64,000 nucleotides of DNA from Patescibacteria group bacterium (GCA_041660305.1 JBAZWO010000001.1:113909-177908); one strand, 5' to 3'. Counted from the stretch's first letter, positions 26,144-35,595 are shown. Made by a program: numbers and translations. Notes: generated from the letters alone by a model not told the origin.

Positions 26144-26675
26144 AGACCTCATCCCCCTAGCCCCCTTCTCCTAACAACCTACCTCATCCCCAGCCCTTCT
26201 CCTCTCAGGAGAAGGGAGTTATACTACTATTATTGAGCGCTCACATTTTTTTAATTGAGCGTTTTTATATTTATTTTTTATGTTTATTCGTCCACAACAA
26301 TCTAACACCATTGAATTACAACATCGTTTACAATATATCGCTAAAAAATTTCGTAAAAAACCAACCGTAACTGAACAAAAATTATGGCAATATTTACGAA
26401 ATCGTAAATTAAATGGTTTAAAATTTAATCGACAACATCCAATCTATCAATACATTGCTGATTTTTATTGCCATGAGTATAAGTTGATTAGGGATTTAAT
26501 GTTAAAAAAATATGACTATACCGTATTACGTTTTAATAATGAACAAGTGATGAATAATATTAGTTATGTGTTAAAACAAATTAAATCTACTCCCCCTTCT
26601 CCTTAGAGGAGAAGGGGGTTGGGGGGATGAGGTAGGATGTTTAAATTAGGGAGAGGGGGCTAGGGGGATGAGGTC
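26144..26675. mobile_element. Putative mobile unit: DUF559 gene between composite terminal inverted repeats of about 75-85 bp
   Basis: Left AGACCTCATCCCCCTAGCCCCCTTCTCCTAA + CAACCTACCTCATCCCC...AGGAGAAGGGAG mirrors 26591-26675; the same arms occur gene-less elsewhere in the window. Confidence 0.65.
26280..26606 (+). pseudogene. DUF559 (Vsr-like) endonuclease with apparent in-frame internal deletion
   Basis: RK.PT..E.KLWQ.LR, KFNRQHPI..YIADFYC and VLRF.N..V present, but the usual IEvDG..H segment is absent (KLI joins directly to RDLML). Confidence 0.75.
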
Positions 26676-26677
26676 TA

Positions 26678-27331
26678 TTATTGCAAAGTCTGTAAAGCCT
26701 CTTCCCATTCTTCTAACGTATACACTCCGGTTAGTTTCACGCCGTTTACAAAATAAGTTGGGGTACGATCTACTCCCGCTAACACGCCGGCATCAAAATC
26801 TTGTTGCACCTCTTCCTGATATTTTTGACTGCTTAAACAGCTGGCAAATTGGGTACCGTTTAATTTTAACTTATCCGCCCAGGTTTGAAAAATATTAGCT
26901 TGAGTAATATTTTTTTGTTCAGCAAACATTAAATCATGATACGCCCAAAACTTGTTCTGCTCATTAGCACAATTTGCCGCTAACGCTGCCGGCCAGGCTT
27001 GCGCGTGTAATGTAGTAAGTGGAAAATCTCGATACACAAATAAAATATCATTAGGATATTTTTGCACTAATTGTCGCTCAATAGCATAAGCCTGTTCACA
27101 ATACGGACACTGAAAATCCTCGAACGCAATAATTTGCATAGGCGCTTTAGCATTGCCCATCGCCGGATCGTTATCGATAGTTGGTAATATAACACCTAGG
27201 TTATTAACTGGGTTTGCATTTGATAAAACAGTTTTGTTACTACTCCACCAAACATAACCAAACGCTACTGCACCAATAGCCCCACAAATAATTAATAAAC
27301 TAACAACAAGTTTTCCACCAGTATTTTCCAT
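26678..27331 (-). CDS. Membrane-anchored DsbA family protein
   Basis: FEDFQCPYC, YRDFPL and GVDRTPTYFVNG motifs. Confidence 0.9.
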   Translation of the reverse strand: MENTGGKLVVSLLIICGAIGAVAFGYVWWSSNKTVLSNANPVNNLGVILPTIDNDPAMGNAKAPMQIIAFEDFQCPYCEQAYAIERQLVQKYPNDILFVYRDFPLTTLHAQAWPAALAANCANEQNKFWAYHDLMFAEQKNITQANIFQTWADKLKLNGTQFASCLSSQKYQEEVQQDFDAGVLAGVDRTPTYFVNGVKLTGVYTLEEWEEALQTLQ

Positions 27332-27361
27332 ATTATTTTAATATCTGTTCTTTAAGTATAC

Positions 27362-27388
27362 AAAAAAGCGTGGTTTTACGCCACGCTA
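27362..27388 (-). terminator. Intrinsic terminator
   Basis: Minus strand AGCGTGG-CGTAAAA-CCACGCT followed by TTTTT. Confidence 0.8.
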
Positions 27389-27400
27389 ATTTGTGCTGAA

Positions 27401-27445
27401 CTAGCAATTACAATTGCCACCACAGCAGTCTCCACCTTGTTTCAT
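27401..27445 (-). CDS. Candidate 14-aa Cys-rich micropeptide MKQGGDCCGGNCNC
   Basis: ATG...TAG ORF lying between its own promoter (27481-27509) and terminator (27362-27388). Confidence 0.5.
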   Translation of the reverse strand: MKQGGDCCGGNCNC

Positions 27446-27480
27446 AAAATTTAGTAATAAATAATTAAACTAGCACAATT

Positions 27481-27509
27481 AGTGTACCATCAAAACCCTA
27501 CATAGTCAA
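27481..27509 (-). promoter_or_regulatory. Sigma70-type promoter embedded in the 3' end of murB
   Basis: TTGACT, 17 nt, TACACT with extended -10 TG. Confidence 0.65.
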
Positions 27510-28383
27510 CTTCTTCCATTAATTGGACGCCGGTTTTATCACGCACTTGCTGTTTTACATAAGAAATTAATTGCACAAGATCATTCACGGTAGCTGTACC
27601 GGTATTTAATATAAAATTGCCGTGTTTTTCAGAAATCTTCGCTCCGCCTATTTGATAACCTTTTAAGCCTAACTCATCAATTAGCTGTCCAGCGGATTTA
27701 GTAGTTTGCGTAAGTGGATTTCGAAAAGCACAACCAGCACAAGCTACACCAATATCTTGTTGTTCGGATTTTAATTTAGTTAACGTTAACACAGTTTGTT
27801 TTAGTTCAGCCACGGGTTTGGTTTGTAAATTAAACGTAGCCGCTAAAATAACCCAGCGTTCGTGTTTAAAACGGCTAGCACGATAACTAAATTGGCAAGC
27901 TTGGTTAGAAAATGTTTTCTTATTGCCGGCTAAATCACACACTTCTACACTGTGCAATACTTGGCTAATATCTGAACCACGACAACCTAAATTCGCCCAA
28001 ATAGCGCCCCCAATCGAAGCCGGCACACCACTGGCATATTCCAAACCACTGAACCCCTGTTGCATGCAAAAACGAATTGCTCCATTTATTGGTACCCCCG
28101 CTTCAGCATATAGCTGTTGCTCATTAATAATCCGTTGTTGATTAAGCTCCATTTTAATTACTAAACCAGGAAAACCACGTTCACTTACTAAAATATCGCT
28201 ACCACCGCCTAAAATAAATACCGGAATTTTTTCTGCTTGAGCCATTTGCAAAGCCGTGATGACCTGGGCTTTGTTTTTGGCGCGCAAAAACAAGCGCGCC
28301 ACGCCGCCTAACTTAAATGTGGTAAAGGGAGCTAGCGCCACGTTTTGCTCTATTTGCTCTATTGTTGATAATTGGTTAAACAT
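27490..28383 (-). CDS. murB: UDP-N-acetylenolpyruvoylglucosamine reductase
   Basis: TTFKLGG.A, LGGGSDIL, GVPASIGGA, FSYRAS, AGCAFRNP and SEKHGNF motifs. Confidence 0.93.
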   Translation of the reverse strand: MFNQLSTIEQIEQNVALAPFTTFKLGGVARLFLRAKNKAQVITALQMAQAEKIPVFILGGGSDILVSERGFPGLVIKMELNQQRIINEQQLYAEAGVPINGAIRFCMQQGFSGLEYASGVPASIGGAIWANLGCRGSDISQVLHSVEVCDLAGNKKTFSNQACQFSYRASRFKHERWVILAATFNLQTKPVAELKQTVLTLTKLKSEQQDIGVACAGCAFRNPLTQTTKSAGQLIDELGLKGYQIGGAKISEKHGNFILNTGTATVNDLVQLISYVKQQVRDKTGVQLMEEVDYVGF

Positions 28384-29738
28384 AATTCTTCCGCTATAGT
28401 ATAAATATCGCCCGCGCCAACAATTAATACTATATCATTGGCTCGAACTTGTTCAGCCAATAACTGCTTAGTATTAATATGCTTGGCTGAATAAAAAACT
28501 TGCTGTTCGCTAGAAGGTATCGCTTGCACTAAATCATTGGATGAAATCGCTTGATCGGATTGTTCTTCTCGACCTACTACATCAAATATTTCTTGAATAA
28601 TTAGTATATCAACATTATGAAACGCATCAATAAATTGATCGAATAATTTTAACGTCCGATTATGTTGGTGTGGCTGAAACACCATTACAATTCTTTGTTG
28701 TGGATAGCGCTCTTTAGTGGCTTTTAATAAATTACGAATCGCTGTGGGATGATGGGCATAATCAGAAATCACCAACGCATCATGATACGTGCCTACTACT
28801 TCAAACCGGCGAGCGGTACCGGTAAAGCGTTTTAACCCTTCATAAATTTTATCCGGCGTAACACCAATCGCCGTGGCATAGCTAATTACCGCTAAGGCAT
28901 TGTACACATTAAAATCACCCGGCACGTTTAATTCGTAAGTAGTACCATTTACGGTAAAATGCTGCACGTTTTTATATTTTAAAATAGTGTGCGCTCGAAT
29001 ATGCGCCCGCCGATTTAAACCATAGGTAATTGTTTTGCCGGAGTAATGAATCATGGCACTGCCTGGATCATCAATGTTTTGTACAAACACGCCATTAGTT
29101 GGCAGCTTATTAACATAGGTTTGAAAAGTGTCTTGAATATGTGCCAGATTACGATAATAATCTAAATGATCCGCTTCAATATTAGTTAATACAATAGCGT
29201 TTGGACATAGCTCTAACATATGCGCATTATGTTCACAGGCCTCAATCACACAATACTCGTTATTGGCACTGGTACGAATATTACTATTTAACACCGGTAC
29301 GGTACTACCAATTAAAGCCGTGGGGTCTAAGCCAGCCGCTTCTAACACTAAGGTTAACATGGCCGTAGTAGTGGTTTTACCGTGGGTACCAGATACGGCA
29401 ATGCGTTGGTGAAATAGGCTCATGAATTCACCTAACGCGTGAAAATAAGTACATTTTTTTTGATTCAACCTTAATGAACGAATAGCCTGTCGCTCAATAT
29501 TATCAGCCGGCACTGCATCAGAATATACAAATAAATCGGCTTTAGCCGGCACATTACTAGCCGCCTGTGGCACGGCTACAACAATTCCTTCCGCTCGTAA
29601 CGCTTTAGTAATAGCCGTTTCAGCTACATCCGAACCGCTCACCTGTTTGCCTTGCGCCTTTAGCAAACGTGCCAAGCCACTTACCCCAGCTCCGCCGATA
29701 CCCAAACAATACACTTGTTTTATTTCAGAAAAGTTCAT
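28359..29738 (-). CDS. murC: UDP-N-acetylmuramate--L-alanine ligase
   Basis: GIGGAGVSGLA, SGTHGKTTT, NIEADHLD, DYAHHP and FQPH motifs; start moved to ATG 29738. Confidence 0.93.
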   Translation of the reverse strand: MNFSEIKQVYCLGIGGAGVSGLARLLKAQGKQVSGSDVAETAITKALRAEGIVVAVPQAASNVPAKADLFVYSDAVPADNIERQAIRSLRLNQKKCTYFHALGEFMSLFHQRIAVSGTHGKTTTTAMLTLVLEAAGLDPTALIGSTVPVLNSNIRTSANNEYCVIEACEHNAHMLELCPNAIVLTNIEADHLDYYRNLAHIQDTFQTYVNKLPTNGVFVQNIDDPGSAMIHYSGKTITYGLNRRAHIRAHTILKYKNVQHFTVNGTTYELNVPGDFNVYNALAVISYATAIGVTPDKIYEGLKRFTGTARRFEVVGTYHDALVISDYAHHPTAIRNLLKATKERYPQQRIVMVFQPHQHNRTLKLFDQFIDAFHNVDILIIQEIFDVVGREEQSDQAISSNDLVQAIPSSEQQVFYSAKHINTKQLLAEQVRANDIVLIVGAGDIYTIAEELCLTNYQQ

Positions 29739-29765
29739 AGCAATATTATAGCATAATATCAAAGT

Positions 29766-29793
29766 GTAGAGACGCCCGGCCGGGCGTCTCTAC
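29766..29793. repeat. GTAG-type REP palindrome (intergenic)
   Basis: Perfect palindrome GTAGAGACGCCCGGCCGGGCGTCTCTAC. Confidence 0.9.
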
Positions 29794-29802
29794 TTTAATG
29801 AT

Positions 29803-30114
29803 TTATAAAGGTTCAGCTTTTGGAGAAGGGATAGATTGTATAATACGAAATATACCTTCAGTATTAGCACAATTTACTTTTTGTTTACCACCAGCCGTTT
29901 CAATTAAAAGGGGATGTTCAATTTGAACCCACCCTTTTTCGAGTTCTTTGTCTCGATTTAACATGTTTTTTAAATACTGTTTGGAATTCACCGAATCTGT
30001 TAAAACTTCAATAACGTCTGTAATTACAAACCACCACTCATTACGATAAATGGTTTTTCTAATAGTTTTGCCTCTAAATAAGGCAATTTGCGTAGTTGAG
30101 CTGGCATTGATCAT
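29803..30114 (-). pseudogene. Bro-N domain protein, probably C-terminally truncated
   Basis: IALF.GK.IR, EWWF...DV..LTDS and RIIQSIPSPKAEP; stops where homologues as I recall continue (KAEPFKxWLA...), 9 nt from a REP. Confidence 0.65.
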
Positions 30115-30219
30115 AGTTTTTGATAGTTACCTAACCATGATTTTATGTACCTCCAAAATGAGATTAATAAAAGCATAGTCGCGTTAATTAGTGCGTATAC
30201 TTTATCATTTATACCACAG

Positions 30220-31446
30220 CTATACAAGCTTTTTCTTCATCAATTTCCCGATCATATATAATGACCCGGTAACTAACCCCAAATCTTTAGGTTGCAACAT
30301 TGTTTGTAATTTTTGATAAGCTAAAATAGGATCTTTTTGCAAAATAATTTTAAGACGCGGATTTAATTGTCGGGCAACTTGCCGCAAAGTTAGCAAAGAC
30401 ATGCCTTGATCAAACGAAGTTAAAATTAATACATCGGTAAATTTTAATAACGATCGCAAAGTGGCAGTGGCATCTTTTGAATATTTTAAGGCCAACAACA
30501 CTATCACTTGATTATAATCTTTAACTTTAACTACTTGGCGCAAAGAATCGGTAAAAGCGCGCATTTTTTGCGGATTATGCGCGCCGTCTATAATTATTAA
30601 TGGCTGTTTACTTACTACTTGAAAACGCGCTTTAGATTTAACCTGTTTTAAGCCTTGATAAATAGCCGTTTTATTTACATGCAACGCTTTAGCTACTGTA
30701 ATTGCCAAAATAGCATTGCGCACCTGATATTTACCTACTAAATTTAACTGCACATTTTTAAAAGTTTTATAATTAAATACCGTGCCGGTTAAATTTTGTT
30801 TTAAAATATCAGCCTCATTTAAATTAAGCTGGCGGCCGCATTTTACATAAGTTGAGCCGGTTAAACCGATACAGCCCGGCTTAATAATAACTTCTTTTTC
30901 TTTGGCAATCGCCCGCTTGGTTTTGCCCAATAAATCAGTGTGGTCTAGGCCAACATCTGTTACCACCGCTACTTTAGGAGTAACAACATTAGTGGCGTCT
31001 AACCGTCCGCCTACTCCCACTTCGATCACGGCATAATCAACTTGACTTTGGGCAAAATAATACAAAGCCAGCACGGTAAATAATTCAAAATAAGTGAGCT
31101 GTAAATCTTTGATTTTTTCCCAAACAGAATTCAATAATTTCACAAAAGCAGTTTCACCAATACTGCGGCCGTTAATTACCAATCGTTCCAACGGCCCGGT
31201 TAGATGCGGTGAAGTATAAATGCCGGTTTTGTAACCAGCTGAACGCAGAATAGAGTAAATCATCTGGCAAGTAGACCCTTTGCCAGAAGTGCCACCCACA
31301 TGAATCACTTTATATTTTAACTGCGGATTGTCTAATCTAACCACCGCTTGCTGTACGCGTTCCAATGTATAACAACCAGTGCCGCGCTTAGCATCTTGCT
31401 TATGTAAATAATGCTCGATATCGGCTAAAGAGGTAAAAAATGGCAT
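30220..31446 (-). CDS. folC: Folylpolyglutamate synthase / dihydrofolate synthase
   Basis: IHVGGTSGKGS, YTSPHL, EVGVGGRLDATNV, DGAHNP and TGSLY motifs; start moved to ATG 31446. Confidence 0.92.
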   Translation of the reverse strand: MPFFTSLADIEHYLHKQDAKRGTGCYTLERVQQAVVRLDNPQLKYKVIHVGGTSGKGSTCQMIYSILRSAGYKTGIYTSPHLTGPLERLVINGRSIGETAFVKLLNSVWEKIKDLQLTYFELFTVLALYYFAQSQVDYAVIEVGVGGRLDATNVVTPKVAVVTDVGLDHTDLLGKTKRAIAKEKEVIIKPGCIGLTGSTYVKCGRQLNLNEADILKQNLTGTVFNYKTFKNVQLNLVGKYQVRNAILAITVAKALHVNKTAIYQGLKQVKSKARFQVVSKQPLIIIDGAHNPQKMRAFTDSLRQVVKVKDYNQVIVLLALKYSKDATATLRSLLKFTDVLILTSFDQGMSLLTLRQVARQLNPRLKIILQKDPILAYQKLQTMLQPKDLGLVTGSLYMIGKLMKKKLV

Positions 31447-31523
31447 AAGCACATTATAGCTAGCTTGCCTCTTTTTCGACACTGGACAAAATCGAAAAAA
31501 TGTGATAAAATATTATCATAATT

Positions 31524-32231
31524 ATGAGAACTGGAGTAGAAAAATTACATAGACCAGTAGACAAAAAACAAAATCCTTGGTTGGCACGTGGAGTGGCAGC
31601 CGCGGCTTTATTAGGTATTGGCGGAACTGCTTATGAAAGATGTGCTGCACCATCAGAACCAGATCCAACTGCTGATACAAACCCAGATACAACGAATGAT
31701 AGCAACGATAAAAAACCTATTCCGAGAACAACGAGAGACGTTGCAACACAAGCCTTGCCGCTTAATCTAGAACCTGCAAAACCATCAATGATAAATGATT
31801 TAAAAAAATGGCAAGAAATAGAATCAGAAGGAACTTATACTTTGCCTAGCCGTGTTGATTTAATTAATGATTTATTTTCCGCTTTGTCTCAAGACATAAA
31901 AGATAACCTCGTTGTTCGCGCTGACAAAAATACTGAATTAGCCATTACATTATATAATGTAAATCAAGATTCTTTGCTTTTATCAGTAAATGAATCAGGT
32001 AAATATATATTATCAACTACTAGTTATAATGAAAACAGAAGAGTTGATGTTTCTCATGATGTAGAAATGTTTGATAATGTAGATGAAGTAGTTAAATTTT
32101 TACATAAACTGAAAACAAAGCTCGACCAAAATCAACCCTCAACTGGTCCTAACCGTGCCACAGAAGCAAGTAGAGCCGGAGGAATTATGGCTGAATTTAT
32201 TAAAAATTATAGTACTAGTGAAGAAGAATAA
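31524..32231 (+). CDS. Hypothetical protein with N-terminal hydrophobic anchor
   Basis: 235-aa ORF with GVAAAALLGIGG followed by a D/T/P-rich linker. Confidence 0.7.
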   Translation: MRTGVEKLHRPVDKKQNPWLARGVAAAALLGIGGTAYERCAAPSEPDPTADTNPDTTNDSNDKKPIPRTTRDVATQALPLNLEPAKPSMINDLKKWQEIESEGTYTLPSRVDLINDLFSALSQDIKDNLVVRADKNTELAITLYNVNQDSLLLSVNESGKYILSTTSYNENRRVDVSHDVEMFDNVDEVVKFLHKLKTKLDQNQPSTGPNRATEASRAGGIMAEFIKNYSTSEEE

Positions 32232-32274
32232 TAGGTATATAATTCTTTAAAATAAACTCCATCCAGCGCTACGC

Positions 32275-32601
32275 TTAAACAATCCGTACACCATTTTGTT
32301 TTATTTCCGCCACCAAAGAAGATGTAATGACGCTGAAATCTTTTGGACAAAAACCAACCGGTTCAATCATGGGGTCAAGATTTTTTGGCCGCTTCTGCCA
32401 CAAATATTGCAAAGCCTGCCAGGGCTGTTTAAATTTTGCAGAAATAATACAAACATCAACATCGCTCCAGCGGTGCTGTGTTCCTTTGGCATACGATCCG
32501 AATAGATATACTTGTTTTACCGGTATATTATCTGTTTCGATGTCCTTGACAAATGCGTTAATAGAATTAATTATTTTTTTGGATATTCGTTTTTTAACCA
32601 T
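32275..32601 (-). CDS. Minimal nucleotidyltransferase, orphan (paralog of 3937-4266)
   Basis: YLFGSYAKG...SDVDVCII and IEPVGF motifs. Confidence 0.87.
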   Translation of the reverse strand: MVKKRISKKIINSINAFVKDIETDNIPVKQVYLFGSYAKGTQHRWSDVDVCIISAKFKQPWQALQYLWQKRPKNLDPMIEPVGFCPKDFSVITSSLVAEIKQNGVRIV

Positions 32602-32761
32602 AAAAACATCTCTTTAGCTTTCTTTAAATTATCTTTTCAATCGCTAAATGTGCATAAAACAACGACGCATCATAATGTTTAGTTTTAAATAAATCCAAAG
32701 ACGTTTTCCAATTACGCTCAGCTGATTGCCTCCAATAGTTAATTTGTTCTTCAAGTATCAT
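32571..32761 (-). pseudogene. HEPN gene remnant with deleted core
   Basis: MILEEQINYWRQSAERNWKTSLDLFKTKHYDASLFYAHLAIEKII* then, in another frame, LKKAKEMFLWLKNEYPKK* overlapping the MNT start. Confidence 0.75.
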
Positions 32762-33001
32762 AACTGCTAAATTTTATCATTTTTTTTAAATAAAATCAAT
32801 CATGGCATTTACAAATCCCTAAATTAGGCGTAAAATAGGGAATGTAATCCTTAAATTAGACATAATATATATTCACTAAGCTACTTTTGTTGTTCATGAT
32901 TGTTTAATAAATTTTGACGTGCTGAGCAGAAAAAACATAAAAATAAACTCATTAGACGTGAAGTGAGGTAGAACGATAAGACACCTAGCGACGTCTCTGT
33001 T

Positions 33002-33441
33002 TAGCGCCGTCTGGGGAAAACTTGGCTTGAAACAAGTGTGTTTTCGTGATAACATGCTCGTACTTATGGAACAAGATACAACTAAATTAGAAATTTTACA
33101 GGCCATCAATAAATTTGCTACTCGTGTTGAAGAAAATTTTACTGAAGTTAAACAAGACATTAAAGATATTAAGAAACGGGTCACAAATCTGGAAACTAAA
33201 GTATCTTCAATTGAGACTAGAGTTGGATCACTTGAAACAGATACTAAATCAATAAGGTCTCAAATGGTAACAAAAAGTTATCTGGATGATAAGCTGTCCG
33301 ACTTGCACGGTGAAACTATTAAATTAACAAAACAAACCAATAATAAAGTCGTTAGTTTGGCTAATCATCTCCATAATGAAGAGAGTTTATCCACCAACAG
33401 TCTAAAACAAGTAATTGCTTTACCGCCATTTGCGGTTTAAG
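33002..33441. repeat. Direct repeat copy 1 (promoter plus coiled-coil gene); copy 2 at 35596-36098
   Basis: Near-identical 5' ~190 bp and identical last 56 bp; copy 2 is 63 bp longer. Confidence 0.9.
33066..33440 (+). CDS. Coiled-coil heptad-repeat protein, copy A
   Basis: MEQDTTK...; the upstream TTG used by the ORF track is the -35 box of TTGAAA-17-TAACAT. Confidence 0.8.
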   Translation: MEQDTTKLEILQAINKFATRVEENFTEVKQDIKDIKKRVTNLETKVSSIETRVGSLETDTKSIRSQMVTKSYLDDKLSDLHGETIKLTKQTNNKVVSLANHLHNEESLSTNSLKQVIALPPFAV

Positions 33442-33456
33442 AAGCTTCACCTTTGA

Positions 33457-34566
33457 TTATTTTGTAAAATAATTTCTAAAATCTAATTGGGTAATTTTAG
33501 AAAAATCAGTTTTGCTATTTTTTGCAATATAAGTAATGGCAAAAACTGGATTTACATTATAGTCGAGTTTTTCAAAATGTAAAATTTCCCCCAAATCTTG
33601 TTTTAACTTATCGTAATCTGGTCGATACTCATTCAGGTTAAGGCCGATAGGATTGTAACACAACACCCAGCCGTAATATTTATGCCGGTGACTTTGAAAA
33701 ATGGTTTGCCAATCAGGCGCCGTACTGTCAAAAAAATGTTGATATGGATTTACGCCAAAACCATAATATGGTAAATCCGCTAAACCAAAGCCACCAAAGC
33801 GCGGCACGTTCAATTCAATCGGCATAAGCCTACCATTCTTTTCCTTAAATTCAGCGTGAATTGGTAAATTTTTTATATGCAATTTTTTATTTAATGCAGT
33901 AAATAAATCAACCACTTGCTTAGCGTAAGTATGATAAATTTCTTCATTCGTATAATACAGCAGGTGAAAATAATCCTGAATAGCAGACAGAGGATGATGA
34001 CAAAAATTCGTTATCACCGGATTACCGGTAGCATTGTAAAATAGATCAAAGGTATACTCATCACCGGTGATATACTCCTCTATCAAAAAATCATTACTAG
34101 TAAATACTTGGGATGAAAAAAATGAACCGCTCTTTTGAATTTCAACTTTAAGTTCTTGCGCTAACCGAGCTAAATTAGTTGTACTATCCATTGCTCTAAC
34201 GCCGATACCAAAGAAGCCCTGCTGTGGCTTAATGATATACTTCTTGCCCGAAGCAATTTTTACGGTCGGTAATTTATCAAGCGTGATCGCTGCAAAATAA
34301 AAATCACTGTGGCTATCCTGCAGCAGCTCACGGCATTGCTTTTTATTTTTTATCTGCTTAATTTTCTGCGGTGTAGTATTACTGGAATATTTTTCCAAAA
34401 CACTTGGTACTGATGTTTCGTCTGGTACGTAGATATAATCATCTGTCGTAAATTCCACTTTTGCGACATTGAGTTCTGCTTCAGATAACACGCTGTAGTC
34501 TTTATGATATCTCAAGGCAGTTAAAAGTGGCGACGTATAATTATGACCCGTGATGATATATTTCAT
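33457..34566 (-). CDS. ATP-grasp domain protein
   Basis: IIKPQQGFFGIGV, IEEYITGDEY.D and HAEF...PIELN.PRFGG motifs. Confidence 0.85.
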   Translation of the reverse strand: MKYIITGHNYTSPLLTALRYHKDYSVLSEAELNVAKVEFTTDDYIYVPDETSVPSVLEKYSSNTTPQKIKQIKNKKQCRELLQDSHSDFYFAAITLDKLPTVKIASGKKYIIKPQQGFFGIGVRAMDSTTNLARLAQELKVEIQKSGSFFSSQVFTSNDFLIEEYITGDEYTFDLFYNATGNPVITNFCHHPLSAIQDYFHLLYYTNEEIYHTYAKQVVDLFTALNKKLHIKNLPIHAEFKEKNGRLMPIELNVPRFGGFGLADLPYYGFGVNPYQHFFDSTAPDWQTIFQSHRHKYYGWVLCYNPIGLNLNEYRPDYDKLKQDLGEILHFEKLDYNVNPVFAITYIAKNSKTDFSKITQLDFRNYFTK

Positions 34567-34701
34567 AAAATTAAAAATAGAGTTATTGGCAATAGTTTAG
34601 AAGTAAACTACATTCTGACAAATACATCCATGCATATTTATCATTTTTATTACCTAATGTTAGATATTTATATAAGAGATAATCTTTTTTGTCGGAATCA
34701 T

Positions 34702-34730
34702 TTGACACTATTGAGAACACTTGCTACCTT
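34702..34730 (+). promoter_or_regulatory. Promoter for a probably leaderless TrmB-like mRNA
   Basis: TTGACA, 17 nt, TACCTT (extended TG), ATG 6 nt downstream. Confidence 0.55.
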
Positions 34731-34736
34731 ACACCA

Positions 34737-35522
34737 ATGGATGCGCTGCTACTCCAAAAACTCACTCAACTTGGCCTACAAAAAAATGAAGCTAAAATCT
34801 ATTTAACAACTCTAGAATTGGGTCAAGGAACAGTGACGACTATTAGTAAAGCTGCCTATATGAACCGAACAACTGGCTATGATATTCTGGAACGTTTATG
34901 TGTGTTTGGAATTGTGAATCGCAGTCTGTTGAAGAAAAAACGTATTTATATTTCTGAGCCACCCATTCGCCTAAAATATTATCTTGAAAATAAAAAAAGA
35001 CAGGCGGAGCGGCGGATGGAAGAACTAGAAACTATGTTGCCAGATTTAAAGTCGCTCCACAATAATACCAACCTAAAACCAATCATTAAGTTTGCTGAAG
35101 GTAAAAAAGCCATGGAACAAATGTATTATCACAAGTTGGATTCTAAAAGCACCATCTACTCTATCCTGAATCAAAAAAATGTGAACCTGTTTGATGAAAT
35201 GGGATCCTTTCAATCGCTTGAACGCTTCAAACGAGGCATTAAAGAAAAAGTTTTGGCCATAGAAAATGACGAAGGTGTTGAGTGGTATAAAAAAATATAT
35301 GGAAAAAATAAAAAAAGACAGGCCAATACGGAATATCGCTGGATCAAAAATGAACAGCGCGGTCAAACCGGCGGTGAAATAAGTATCTTTGATGATAAAG
35401 TCAATGTGCTGCTCTCGAGCTCGACGGAAAATATGGCCTTTGAGATACAAAGTCAAACCTTTGCCGATTTTCTAAAAGTCACGTTTGAACTGGCCTGGAC
35501 TAAAGCGCAAAATAAATTTTGA
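34737..35522 (+). CDS. TrmB-family HTH transcriptional regulator
   Basis: LGL...EAKIYL..LELG, NRTTGYDILERL, IKFAEG and EISIFDDKV motifs; start moved to ATG 34737. Confidence 0.88.
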   Translation: MDALLLQKLTQLGLQKNEAKIYLTTLELGQGTVTTISKAAYMNRTTGYDILERLCVFGIVNRSLLKKKRIYISEPPIRLKYYLENKKRQAERRMEELETMLPDLKSLHNNTNLKPIIKFAEGKKAMEQMYYHKLDSKSTIYSILNQKNVNLFDEMGSFQSLERFKRGIKEKVLAIENDEGVEWYKKIYGKNKKRQANTEYRWIKNEQRGQTGGEISIFDDKVNVLLSSSTENMAFEIQSQTFADFLKVTFELAWTKAQNKF

Positions 35523-35595
35523 ACCAAACGCCCCTGAACAGCGTTGGATTTGAATAATAATCCATGAATCCTGTTTAGCGACGGTTCTAACAAAA

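Noticed and set aside
26232-26262. lacO-like palindrome ATTGAGCGCTCACATT upstream of DUF559
   Set aside because: Short partial match with no LacI-family gene nearby; could be chance or a local operator, and cannot be supported
17242-26675. Regularly recurring repeats as a CRISPR array
   Set aside because: Units are 100-170 bp inverted-repeat elements separated by whole genes, with no constant repeat-spacer period and no cas genes
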